NCBI GenBank assembly: GCA_963727485.1
Contig: CAVSGM010000002.1
Span: 1,823,779 to 1,887,778 of the forward strand
DNA: 64,000 nucleotides
Origin: an uncultured delta proteobacterium
GTDB taxonomy: Bacteria; Myxococcota; Myxococcia; SLRQ01
Direction: 5' to 3'
This document shows positions 30,904 to 40,812 of this stretch, piece after piece. Within the stretch, counting starts at the first letter, position 1. Each line of letters opens with the position of its first letter. The position numbers were made by a program, and so were the translations under genes. Below the pieces are notes generated by a model. The model did not search any database. It was not told the origin of the DNA and worked only from the letters and a program-made list of their open reading frames with translations.

Positions 30904-31529
30904 GTCTCCTCAGCGTCGTCGAGGCCCAGGGTCGCCAGGGCCGCGCGCGTGGTTTCGATGTCGGTGTGGTGGATCCCGTGGAGCCCCAGGCCCCGGCCCA
31001 CCTCGATGAACAGCGCCCGGTCGTCGAGGTAGACCACCTCGTCGGGACGCACCTGGGTGACGTCGAGGGCGAGGCGGTAGAGGTCGAGATCGGGCTTGGC
31101 GACCCCGGCGAAGCACGAGGCCACGAACACGTCGAACAGGTCCATCAGGTCGAAGGCGCGGATCCGGTACTCGGTGAGCTCCCGGCTCTCGTTGCTCACC
31201 GCGCAGACCTTGAGGCCGTGACGCGCCTTGAGCCGGAGCATCAGCTCCTTCATCCCCGGGAGCGCCGCCGACTGCTCGAACATGAACTTGCGGAACGCCT
31301 CCCGGGTGAAGGTGCGCTCCTTGTGGAAGACCACGTAGGTCAGGTAGGCGTCGATGTCGTACTTCCCGGCCTCGTAGCCGCGCACGTACTGGTGGTGGCG
31401 CTCGTCGAAGTCGCCCGGGTCGATCCCGAAGCGCTCGGCGGCCAGGGCCCGGGCGTGGCGGTCCCAGCCGTTGGTGAGCAGGACGCCGCCGACGTCGAGG
31501 AAGAGGGTGGTGATCCCGGTGTCGCTCAT
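30900..31529 (-). CDS. HAD-family phosphatase
   Basis: [19 protein letters not shown]. Confidence 0.88.
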   Translation of the reverse strand: MSDTGITTLFLDVGGVLLTNGWDRHARALAAERFGIDPGDFDERHHQYVRGYEAGKYDIDAYLTYVVFHKERTFTREAFRKFMFEQSAALPGMKELMLRLKARHGLKVCAVSNESRELTEYRIRAFDLMDLFDVFVASCFAGVAKPDLDLYRLALDVTQVRPDEVVYLDDRALFIEVGRGLGLHGIHHTDIETTRAALATLGLDDAEET

Positions 31530-34379
31530 GCCGTGTGCTCCCCGAGGACCGCCTCCAGCATCGCCTCCAGGGCCTTCAGCCCCGCCTTGACGTCACCGCC
31601 GAGGTGCACCCGCAGGGCCCGGCGGTCGTGCTTCACCAGCGCCCCCAGATCGCCCAGGGCCTGGGCCCGGCGCAGCTTGTCGAAGGAGTAGGCCTCGCCG
31701 TAGACCTCCAGGTCCTCGGGGGGATCCACGGTGAGCTGGAGGAAGTGGCCGGTGTTGGGCCCGCCCTTGTGGAGCTGGCCGGTGGAGTGGAGGAACCGGG
31801 GCCCGTAGCCGAGCGTGGTGGTGGCGTGGGTGGCGGTCATCAGGTGCCGGCGCATCCGGGCCAAGGCGGCGTCGGTGGCGGCGTCCTCGGTGAGGTAGGC
31901 CATGATCGCCACGTAGCGCCCGGGGCCGGCGCCGTCGAGGAGCGCCTTGAGCAGCGCCTCGCCGCTCTCGCCGCCGGTGTCCGAGTAGAACGACAGGGGC
32001 CCCTCGGTGAGCGAGGGCTTGGGCTCGGGCACCAGGCTGGTGAGGCGCACCTCGTCGAGGAGCCGTGCGGTGTTGTCCTTGCTCTCCTGGACGTTGGGCT
32101 GGTTGAAGGCGTTGATGCCCAGGATCGACCCGGCGGTGGCGGTGGCGATCTCCCAGCGCATGAACTCCTGGGCCACGTCGAGCTTCTCCTCGAGGTGGAT
32201 GCGCACCAGGGGGTGGCCCGCCTTCGCCAGGGCGTCGGCGTGGGCGGCGAGGTCGGGGTCGTCGTGGCCGGCGAGGGTGAAGTGCACGAAGACCCGGTCG
32301 TCGCCGTAGACCGCCGGCTCGCCCACCGGCTCCAGGGCCACCGGGAGGATCCCCTTGCCCTCCTTGCCGGTGCTCTCGGCGATGAGCTGCTCGAGCCACA
32401 TCCCGAGGGTCGAGAGGACGCCCGGCATCAGGAAGGTGACCTTGTCGCGGCCGGCGAGGGCCAGGGTCCCCAGCGCGGTGCCCAGGCGCACGCCCGGGTT
32501 CTCCGTGGCCGGGACCATGCCCATGCAGGCGTGGGCCATGCGCCGGGCCCGGGAGAGCAGCGCCTCCACGTCGAGGCCGGCGAGGGCCGCGGGGACCATG
32601 CCGAAGAGCGAGAGGGCCGAGTAGCGCCCGCCGATGTCCGGGTAGTTGGTGAGCACGTGGCGGAAGTGGCGCTCGATGCCGAGCTCGAGGAGCTTGGTCC
32701 CCGGGTCGGTGATGCCCACGAAGTGCCGGCCGGCCTTCGCCGCGTCGTCCCGATAGACCTTCAGGAGCTCGCCGAAGAAGTAGCTCTGGAAGGCCAGGGG
32801 CTCGGTGGTGGTGCCCGACTTGCTGGCGACGATGAACAGGGTCCTCTCCAGCGGCACCTCGTGCTCGATGCGGGCCACGGTGGCCGGGTCGGTGGTGTCG
32901 AGGACGTGGAGGGTCAGGCCACCGGCCTGCTCGCCGAAGGTCCGCGCCAGGGTCAAAGGCGCCAGGCTGGAGCCGCCCATGCCCATGTGGACCACGTGGG
33001 TGTAGCCCTCGGCCTTCACCGTCTCCACCAGGTGGCGGATCTCCGGGAGCCGCGCCTCCATCTTCTCGGCGACGTGGAGCCAGCCGAGCGCCCCGCGGAT
33101 CTGCGCGCCGCTCTTGGGATCGTCCTTCCACAGGGTCGGGTCCTTGCGCCACAGGCGGATGGCGAAGTCCTGGTCCTCGAGCTGCTTCGCCTTGGCCTCG
33201 ACGGCGTCCGCGTAGCGCCCGAGCTCGAGGCGCTGGGTGTCGAGGCGCCCCTCGAGGGCGGCCCGGCGCTCCTTCTCCAGGGTGGCCATCAGCTCCTCGA
33301 AGGGGCGGACGAACTTGTCGACGCCCTCGTCCACCAGCTGGCCGGTGGTGATCCGCTCGAGGTCGATGCCCAGGTCGCCGAGGCCGGCGAGGGTCTGCTC
33401 GGCGGCGTCCACGTCACGGGTGAGCCGCGCCTCGGGATCGCCGTGGTCCCGGTAGGCGTCGAGGGTCTCCACCGGGATGGTGTTGACGGTGTCCTTGCCG
33501 ATGAGCCCCTCGACGTAGCGCACGTCGGAGTAGGCGGGGTTCTTGGTGGAGGTGCTGGCCCAGAGGAGGCGCTGGGTCTGGGCGCCGGCCTTCGCCAGCT
33601 TCTCCCAGCGCTCGCCGGCGAACAGGCCCTGGTAGCGCTGGTAGGCGACCTTGGCGGAGGCGAGGGCCACCTGGCCGTGGAGGGCCTCGGCCTCGGCGGC
33701 GTGCTCGGCGCCCGGGTGCATCTGCGCCTCCAGCAGCGGATCCACGGCGACGTCGATGCGCGAGAGGAAGAAGCTGGCCACCGAGGCGATGCCCGTCAGC
33801 GGCTGGCCGGCGGCGTGGCGGTCCTCGAGGCCGCCGAGGTAGGCCTCGGCCACCTCCTGGTAGCGCGAGAATCGCGAAGAGCAGGGTCACGTTGACGTTG
33901 ATGCCCTCGGAGATCAGCTGGCGGATGGCCGGGAGGCCTTCCTGGGTGGCGGGCACCTTGATGAGGACGTTGGGTCGATCGAGGGCCTGCCACAGGCGCC
34001 GGGCCTCCTCGAGCGTCCCCTCGGTGTCGTGGGCGAGCTTCGGGCTCACCTCCAGGCTCACGTAGCCGTCGCGGCCGCCGGTCTCGTCGTGGACGGGCCG
34101 GAACACGTCGGCGGCGTCCTGCACGTCCTTCACGGCGAGGCGCTCGTAGATGTGGCCGGCGTCGAGGCCCGCCTTGGCGTCCTCGGCGATGGCGTCGTCG
34201 TAGTCGTGGCTCCCGCCGATGGCCTTCTCGAAGATCGAGGGGTTGGAGGTGACGCCGGTGATGGCGTCCTCGTCGCGCAGGCGCTTGAGCTCGCCCGAGG
34301 TGAGGAGGTGGCGGCGGATGAAGTCCAGCCAGAGGCTCTGGCCCAACGCGTGGGCCCGGTTCAGGGGGCTGTCGCTCAT
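31526..34379 (-). CDS. tal-pgi: bifunctional transaldolase/phosphoglucose isomerase (one extra base at 33869-33873)
   Basis: [38 protein letters not shown]; then [49 protein letters not shown]. Confidence 0.92.
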
Positions 34380-34834
34380 GACGTGTGTCCTTCCTCTTCC
34401 ACGGCGCGGACCTTGGCCAGGCGCCGCTGGTGGCGCTCGGCGCCGGAGAAGTCCGCGGCGAGGAAGCGTTCGACGATCTCCCTTGCGAGGGACGGGCCGA
34501 CGACCCGGCCCCCGAGGCAGATCAGGTTCATGTCGTCGTCCTCCACGCCCTGGTGGGCGGAGAACGCGTCGTGGACGAGCCCGGCGCGCACGCCGGGGAT
34601 CTTGTTGGCGACCACCGAGGCCCCGACGCCGCTGCCGCACAGGGCGATGCCCCGGTCGACCTCGCCTCGGGCGATGGCGCGGGCGAGCGGCACCACGAAG
34701 TCGGGGTAGTCGTCGCCGGGGTCGAGGGTCTTGGCGCCAAAGTCGACGAGCTGGTGGCCGGCGGCGGCGAGCCAGCGGGCGAGCTCGGTCTTGAGCTCGA
34801 AGCCCCCGTGGTCTGCGGCGAGACCCAGGCGCAT
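34376..34834 (-). CDS. rpiB: ribose-5-phosphate isomerase B
   Basis: ADHGG, DDYPD, CGSGVG, ANKIPGVRA, ERHQRR. Confidence 0.93.
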   Translation of the reverse strand: MRLGLAADHGGFELKTELARWLAAAGHQLVDFGAKTLDPGDDYPDFVVPLARAIARGEVDRGIALCGSGVGASVVANKIPGVRAGLVHDAFSAHQGVEDDDMNLICLGGRVVGPSLAREIVERFLAADFSGAERHQRRLAKVRAVEEEGHTS

Positions 34835-35796
34835 CAGCCCTCCACCTCCTCCAGGGCGTAGGCGGCGGCGCCCACGACCCCGGCGTCGCCCCCGAGCTCG
34901 GCGGTGGTCACCTCGAGCCTGCGGGTGGCGGCGCCCAGCGCCCGGGTCTTCACGGCCCGGGTGACGGTGTCCACCAGATCGGGGATCCCGAGCGCCACGC
35001 CCCCGCCGAAGACCAGCCGGCAGGGGTTGAAGGCGTTGACCAGGCCCACCGACCCGGCGGCCAGGGCCTCGCCGGCGGCGGCGAGGAGCTTGCGCGAGAG
35101 GGCGTCGCCAGCCTCGGCGGCCTCGGCGACGTCCTTGGTGGTCAGCTTGGAGAGGTCGCCCCCGGCGCGGCGCAGGAGGGTGGCGCCGGCCTCGGCGTCG
35201 GCAACCGCGGCGTCCCGGGCGTCCCGGGCGATGGCCCAGCCGCCGGCCAGCGCCTCCAGGCACCCCTCGTTGCCGCAGGTGCACCGGGGGCCGCCCATCT
35301 GCACGGTGAGGTGGCCGATCTCGCCGGCGGTGTTGGAGCAGCCGTGGAGCAGCTCGCCCCCGCTGACCACCCCGCCGCCGATGCCGGTGCCCACGAACAC
35401 GCAGAGCAGGTCGTCGACCCCGCGCCCGGCGCCGTGGCGCCACTCCCCGAAGGTGGCGGCGCGTACGTCGTTGGTCACGTAGACGGGCAGGCCCAGGGCC
35501 TGGTGGAGGTCCTCGGCCAGGGGCACGTCGTGCCAGTCGAGGTTGGGCCCGAAGATCACGGCGCCGGTGTCGTCGTCGATCTGCCCGGCGACGCCGATGC
35601 CCAGGGCGGCCGGGGCGCCGTCGCCGTCACCGAGGGCCTTCACCGCCTCGACGATGGCCTCGATGACCGCCTTGGCGCCCTGGTCCGCGTGGGTGGGACG
35701 GCGCGCCTTCTCCAGGATCCGCCCGTCGGCGGACACCCGGCCCACCTCAATCTTGGTCCCGCCGAGGTCCACCCCGACGGCCCACCTGCCTGCCAT
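34834..35796 (-). CDS. glk: ROK-family glucokinase
   Basis: GVDLGGTKI, NDVRAA, GTGIGGG, GEIGH, CTCGNEGCLE. Confidence 0.9.
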   Translation of the reverse strand: MAGRWAVGVDLGGTKIEVGRVSADGRILEKARRPTHADQGAKAVIEAIVEAVKALGDGDGAPAALGIGVAGQIDDDTGAVIFGPNLDWHDVPLAEDLHQALGLPVYVTNDVRAATFGEWRHGAGRGVDDLLCVFVGTGIGGGVVSGGELLHGCSNTAGEIGHLTVQMGGPRCTCGNEGCLEALAGGWAIARDARDAAVADAEAGATLLRRAGGDLSKLTTKDVAEAAEAGDALSRKLLAAAGEALAAGSVGLVNAFNPCRLVFGGGVALGIPDLVDTVTRAVKTRALGAATRRLEVTTAELGGDAGVVGAAAYALEEVEG

Positions 35797-35934
35797 CATC
35801 CACCTCCGTCCAGGTCGCGATCGCGTCCAGGGGACCGCATATCCCGGACGCGGACACTTAGATAGGGCACGGGCCTGCGGGCGCTAGGGTGGGGGGGCTT
35901 ACAATCGGGTAGGGTGGACCCTTGGTGGGGGGCC

Positions 35935-37005
35935 ATGACGCGCTTTGAGTTCCAGATCGACCGTCGCGTGCTGGAAGAGGACCGCAGCATGGATCCCGGG
36001 ACCGCCAATCCCGCGGCGCTGGAGGAGACCTACTTCATCATGCCCGTGCGTCTCGAGGTGGAGGGGCACGAGCTGCTCGCGAGCCCGGAGCCGGGCGGCG
36101 ACCCCTGGATGCACCTCCCGCTCCTCGACATGGTCGAGCTCGTCGAGCGGGTGCGGACACTCGCAGAGGACGGTGCCGTCAGCCACTCGTTGCCGGGCTC
36201 GGGGTGGAAGCTGCACCTGGTGCGCCGCGGTGCGGAGCTCGAGGTGCGCTCCACGGTCAACGGGGCGCAGGTGGTGGTTCCCTATGACGCGTTCCTCGAG
36301 GCCGCGCTCACCTTCCGGGGCGAGGTCCTAGGCTTACTCGCCCGGGAGGTGCCCGAGCTGCGGTGGCTCCCGTCGGGAGACGACGCCCGGTGCCGGGCGA
36401 TGATCCTCGAGGACGACCGTCGCCCCTTGTCTATGGAGGGCCTGCTCGAGGAGCTGGCGCCGGCGGGGATCGGGCTCCTCCAGCCCGGTACTGGGAAGGC
36501 CTGGGTCGAGCCGGCGCCCGGGAGGCGCCTCGAGGTCGACCCGGAGGTGATCGCGACGTCACTTACCCTCGTCACCGAGCTCCGCCCAATCCTGTGGTCG
36601 GACAGCGGGGTGGAGGTGCCGTGTCGGGTGGCGAACCTGGGTGTCCTGCGCTGCGTCGACCTCGACATCTCGGGGCCCGCCGCGGAGGTGCAGGCGGCGG
36701 AGCGCCTCACCGAGGCAGTGATCCAGATGTTCCGGAGGCGGCGCGAGGCGGGCCAGCTCGGCGACGGCGGCCTGGTGATCGATGTCCATGGCCTGGCGCC
36801 GGGCGTCGACTGGCCTGAGCTCTTCTCCGACCACACGGTTCCCGAGGGGCTCGGGACGCGGTGGCGCTGCCCGGACCTCGTTGTGGTCCCCACCTCCCGG
36901 GTCGACGCCTTCCAGGGCGAGGACCAGGTGCCCCTCGGCGATGGTTTCGTCGCCGTGGGGCCGCTTGCCGCGAAACTGAGCGGGCGCCTCGAGGTCGACA
37001 AGTGA
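35935..37005 (+). CDS. hypothetical two-domain protein; C-terminal half homologous to the putative immunity gene at 62185-62822
   Basis: Shared blocks VEP..G.RL, LVTE, GVEVPCR, GGLV.D, W.ELF..H..PEG.GTRW..PDL, GDG..A.GP. Confidence 0.7.
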   Translation: MTRFEFQIDRRVLEEDRSMDPGTANPAALEETYFIMPVRLEVEGHELLASPEPGGDPWMHLPLLDMVELVERVRTLAEDGAVSHSLPGSGWKLHLVRRGAELEVRSTVNGAQVVVPYDAFLEAALTFRGEVLGLLAREVPELRWLPSGDDARCRAMILEDDRRPLSMEGLLEELAPAGIGLLQPGTGKAWVEPAPGRRLEVDPEVIATSLTLVTELRPILWSDSGVEVPCRVANLGVLRCVDLDISGPAAEVQAAERLTEAVIQMFRRRREAGQLGDGGLVIDVHGLAPGVDWPELFSDHTVPEGLGTRWRCPDLVVVPTSRVDAFQGEDQVPLGDGFVAVGPLAAKLSGRLEVDK

Positions 37006-37619
37006 GATTGCGGTGGGCCGAGATCTACGAGGCTGTCGATCGACCCTTCGGGCTCGGCCGCCTCGAGGCGGAGCTGGCGCCCACGGGTCTGACGCTGGAG
37101 CGGCCCGGACACCGGGCAGCGGTCTCCGTCGCGGGGCCCGAGTACTACACGGAGGTCCCCCGCGAGACCCTCTGCGCTGCCGGTGATCTCGCCACCGCCA
37201 TCAGCTTCGCTCTCTGGTGGCCGGACGACGTCGATACCTACTGCGGGGTCCGCCTCGAAGGCCGGGTGCGACACATCGTCATCGACGTGGGAGCATCGAG
37301 GTGGGACCCGAAGCACCAGAAGAGCCTGGCGCGGACCGTGGCGGGCATGGCCGCAGCCCGCCTCCGCGATGGATCCCTCGTCGGCTATGCCTACGACCCG
37401 GAGGCGGTGGCGGAGGCCGCCGACTGGGGTGAGCTATTCCTCGGTGGGAGGCTTCCGGAGCGTCTCGGCCGGCTCGGCGAGGCATGGCTCTGGCCACGGG
37501 TCGTCCTTGCCAGGGCGGAGCTGGAACCAGTCTTCGAGGGGATGAAGGTCGTGCGGCAGCAAGGCGGCATGGTCGCGGTGGGCACCGACGCCCGCCGCTG
37601 GCGGCGCGGGAGGCCGTGA
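37002..37619 (+). CDS. hypothetical protein, paralog of the putative immunity gene at 62938-63549
   Basis: GTGA overlap; aligns end to end (RWA.IYE..RPFGL, WWPD..DT.C, YDP.A, ADW.ELF, WPRVVLA, GGMVAVG...RRWRR). Confidence 0.75.
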   Translation: MRLRWAEIYEAVDRPFGLGRLEAELAPTGLTLERPGHRAAVSVAGPEYYTEVPRETLCAAGDLATAISFALWWPDDVDTYCGVRLEGRVRHIVIDVGASRWDPKHQKSLARTVAGMAAARLRDGSLVGYAYDPEAVAEAADWGELFLGGRLPERLGRLGEAWLWPRVVLARAELEPVFEGMKVVRQQGGMVAVGTDARRWRRGRP

Positions 37620-37620
37620 G

Positions 37621-38109
37621 ATGACGGTAGGCTTTCATCGGCGCGGTGATCCGGTTTCAGTCTCCAGCCTGCGCTCTGTCGTTCCGTCCGCTGAAGCCGG
37701 GCTTCACGAGGACTGGCTGCAGTTCCTCCGGGCTGGCGACGGAGGGAGGCCTGAGCCGAACGAGTTCGCCATCGCCGACGACCGCTCGTCCACGATCGTG
37801 GAGCTTCTTGGCCTGCAGGAGGTTCGTCGGTCCTTCGCCCTCCTGAAGGACGAGCTGGGGGGCACCCTCCTGCCCGTCGCTTCCGATGTCGTGGGGAACT
37901 ACGTGTGTCTCGGCCTTGGGGAAGAACGGTCCGGGGTGTACTTCTGGGACCACGAGACGGGGTGCATCGACCTTCTCGCGGACACATTCTCGGCGTTTCT
38001 CGAGGCCCTCCGGCCGTTCGACCCAGCCGCGGTGGAGCTGAAGCGCGGCCAGGTCATCAGCGCCTGGATCGACCCCGAGCTCCTGGCCGCCGAACGCAAG
38101 AAGAAGTGA
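37621..38109 (+). CDS. SMI1/KNR4 (SUKH) family immunity protein
   Basis: WLQFLRAGDGG, LLPVASDVVGNYVCL, GVYFWDHE, LADTFSAFLEAL. Confidence 0.85.
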   Translation: MTVGFHRRGDPVSVSSLRSVVPSAEAGLHEDWLQFLRAGDGGRPEPNEFAIADDRSSTIVELLGLQEVRRSFALLKDELGGTLLPVASDVVGNYVCLGLGEERSGVYFWDHETGCIDLLADTFSAFLEALRPFDPAAVELKRGQVISAWIDPELLAAERKKK

Positions 38110-38209
38110 TGCCCGGGATGCTCGAGGCGTAGGAGTACTTGGTCATCCGCCTCTTCCTACTCACGGGGTTTACGGTGTGGCGGGATTCGGTGGTACGCCG
38201 GTCACCGGC

Positions 38210-39130
38210 TCAGCGCCAGCTCGGCGGCCAGCTGCCCGCCAGCTCCACGTAGGCGGCGATCGGCTGGCCGATGAAGTCCTTGCCGTTGGCGGTGGCCGCG
38301 AACATCGCGTCACCGGAAAAGAGCAGCTCCTCGCGGGCGTCGAAGTGGTAGGTGACCACCGCCGGCTTGACCGGGGTGAGCTCGGTGGCCCCGGGGTCGA
38401 GGCGGCGGAGGCCGGAGCGGCCCGTGCCCACCCAGAGCTGGTCGAAGCGCTTGGCCACGCAGTGCAGCGGGAGGTCGAAGGGACCGCGCCGCTCCCAGCT
38501 GTCGAGCGCGCCGGCCAGGATGTGGTCGTTCCCCGTGCCGCAGGCGTAGATCTCGTCCTCGCTCACCACGAAGACCGAGCCAAGCGCGCCCTTCGTCGGT
38601 GAGGCGACCGGGCTCCAGCCCTGCCCGGTGAAGCGCGAGATGCTGCCGCCGCGGCCGACGGTCAGGATGAGGTCCGGATGGATCCCGTGCATCGCCAGCA
38701 CCGGCTCCTCGGGGGCGGCGATCTCCTGCCAGCTCCCGTCGGCGCCGCGCAGGAACATGGCGCCGCGACGGCCGCCCGGCGCCAGGCCCCAGGCAAAGAC
38801 GAGGTCGTGGCCATCCAGGCCCCAGACGCCCGAGAAGGTCCCCGCGTAGTTGAAGACCTCCCAGTCCTCGTCCTCCGGGTAGAGCCGCCAGAGGATCGCG
38901 CCGCCCTGATGGGTCACGAAGATCGCGCCGGTGGCCGAGCGCCAGATCCCGCTGAAGCTCCCCGGAGTGGGGATCATGCACGCGGCGCCCTTCCCGCGCG
39001 ACTCGAAGATGTGGGACTCGCCAGTGCGCAGGGAGAACGGCTCGTCGGCCTCCCAGCGCTGGGCGATGCACACGGCGTCCCTGAGGTGCAGGCCGCTGAC
39101 CTGGCCGAAGGCATGCTCGTAGCTCCCCAT
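38210..39130 (-). CDS. hypothetical beta-propeller-like repeat protein
   Basis: Repeated units of about 40 aa (SGIW, SGVWG, AMHG, GSVF...IYACG). Confidence 0.6.
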   Translation of the reverse strand: MGSYEHAFGQVSGLHLRDAVCIAQRWEADEPFSLRTGESHIFESRGKGAACMIPTPGSFSGIWRSATGAIFVTHQGGAILWRLYPEDEDWEVFNYAGTFSGVWGLDGHDLVFAWGLAPGGRRGAMFLRGADGSWQEIAAPEEPVLAMHGIHPDLILTVGRGGSISRFTGQGWSPVASPTKGALGSVFVVSEDEIYACGTGNDHILAGALDSWERRGPFDLPLHCVAKRFDQLWVGTGRSGLRRLDPGATELTPVKPAVVTYHFDAREELLFSGDAMFAATANGKDFIGQPIAAYVELAGSWPPSWR

Positions 39131-39476
39131 TCCACTCGCTCTCCAAAGGGCCCGAGCCTCGGGCGTTGAGGAAGATCGCGCGATGCTAGTCGCGCCCCTC
39201 GGCTGCTACAACTCTGCCGGGCCGCCGCCGGCGGCCACCTTCCCGACCTGCCCATTCCTGTGCACCAGGGGCAGGGCGCCCCGGCGAGAGGGCAAGTGGC
39301 TTCGCGCCCGGTCGATCAGGTCCTCCACCCGTTGGGAGCAGGCAAGGAGGCGACGGCCGGAGCCAACCAGTCTTCGCGGTTGTTCAACGGGCCGGACTCG
39401 GCCACCTACACCGTTCCCTTGTGGCCTACATCCCTTAGGTAGGTAACCTGAAGGACAATGGGGCACTTGGAGACGC

Positions 39477-40778
39477 ATGGGAGGACCGAGGGGCGGGCGT
39501 AGAGGTCGGGGGGCAGTATGCGTGGCGGGCGTGTGGCTGGGTGTGTTGGCCCTGGGCGCGTGTGGTCCGCAGAAGCCCGGTGTGCCCGACGGCGGGTCGA
39601 ACACGCCGCCGCCGCTCCTCCTGCAGGCAGCGGGCGGTAGCTACGGCGGCGGTGGCTCCCTGGGGCTAGCCCTCCTGGCCACCCTACGGGACCGGCAGGG
39701 AAGCGGGCCGTCGGGGTCCTGGACGCTCCAGGTTCTCGACCCGACGGGAACGGCGGTGGCCTCTGCGCCCTACGACGCAGCGGGGCCAGGCTCGTTCCTT
39801 GTGGGCTGGTGGGACGACGGCGCCTACGCGGCCGCCCCGGGCTATCAACTCGCCGCGATCCCCGGCGGTGGAGGCCAGCCGCTCGCCATCGCGCTTCACC
39901 TGGCCGCCAGCACGCCTCTCGTCATTCCGACGCCCAGCCTGTCCCCCGACGGAGCCACCCTGAGCTGGCCCGCGGTCCCGGGCGCGGCGGTCTACCGGTG
40001 CCAGGTCAGCGACAGCAGCGGCATCGTGGACCTCGGGTGGAGCGCGACTGCCTCCTGCGATGTCTCGGCGCTGCCGGACGGGAGCTACCTGGCGTCCATC
40101 GTCGCTGCCTCCGCGGACCCGAACACCGTCTCGCAGGAAGCCGGCCAGGACCCCGCGCTGCCCGCGAACTTCGACGTCTCCGCGGGGCACCTGGGCTTCG
40201 TGCGGGGGGCGTCGCCAGGAACCATCGATGCGGTCGGTGGCTCCTTCTCCGACGGGACCGATGAGGGTCTCGCCTTCTGGATTGCCCTGCGCCAGCCGGA
40301 TGGGACGCCCACGGGCACCGATTGGACCGTGACCCTGACAGGTCCCGGCATCGACGCCGCCGCACCGCTGACCGTGAGCTATCCGGGATCGGAGCTGCAG
40401 GCGCTCTTCTGGAGCTATGACGTGCCCCCGAGCCTCGGCACCTATCAGGTGATGGCCACCGACGGCACGGAGACGCTGAGCACGCAGTTCTCCGTGAACC
40501 CGCCGGCCCCGCTCGACGTACCCGCTGGGGTTCAGGCCTCGACCCGCGGCAACGGGACGGTGGAAGTCTCGTGGTCGCCGGTGATTGGCGCCACGAGTGA
40601 GCTTGTGGCGGCGTACCGGAAGGACGACGGCTCCTTCGTGGCGGCGCAGTGGGTCGGGGGCAACAGCGCCAGCTTCCCGAGCGGCACCCTGCCCTCGGGA
40701 GTCACGGTGGAGCTCTACGTCGACGCTACGAACGCCGACATGATCTCGGGTGCGGTCCCCGGGACGGTGGCGGTCTAG
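39477..40778 (+). CDS. internally duplicated fibronectin type III-like lipoprotein
   Basis: Lipobox LALGAC; two similar halves (AAGGSY/AVGGSF, GLA...LR, WT; LSWPAVPGA/VSWSPVIGA). Confidence 0.65.
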   Translation: MGGPRGGRRGRGAVCVAGVWLGVLALGACGPQKPGVPDGGSNTPPPLLLQAAGGSYGGGGSLGLALLATLRDRQGSGPSGSWTLQVLDPTGTAVASAPYDAAGPGSFLVGWWDDGAYAAAPGYQLAAIPGGGGQPLAIALHLAASTPLVIPTPSLSPDGATLSWPAVPGAAVYRCQVSDSSGIVDLGWSATASCDVSALPDGSYLASIVAASADPNTVSQEAGQDPALPANFDVSAGHLGFVRGASPGTIDAVGGSFSDGTDEGLAFWIALRQPDGTPTGTDWTVTLTGPGIDAAAPLTVSYPGSELQALFWSYDVPPSLGTYQVMATDGTETLSTQFSVNPPAPLDVPAGVQASTRGNGTVEVSWSPVIGATSELVAAYRKDDGSFVAAQWVGGNSASFPSGTLPSGVTVELYVDATNADMISGAVPGTVAV

Positions 40779-40812
40779 AGAACACGTATCAGCCGGTGGA
40801 GGTGGTGGTGCC

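Noticed and set aside
35860..35935. tRNA, integrase or att site at the left edge of the toxin island
   Set aside because: No tRNA-like sequence, recombinase gene or flanking direct repeat was visible.
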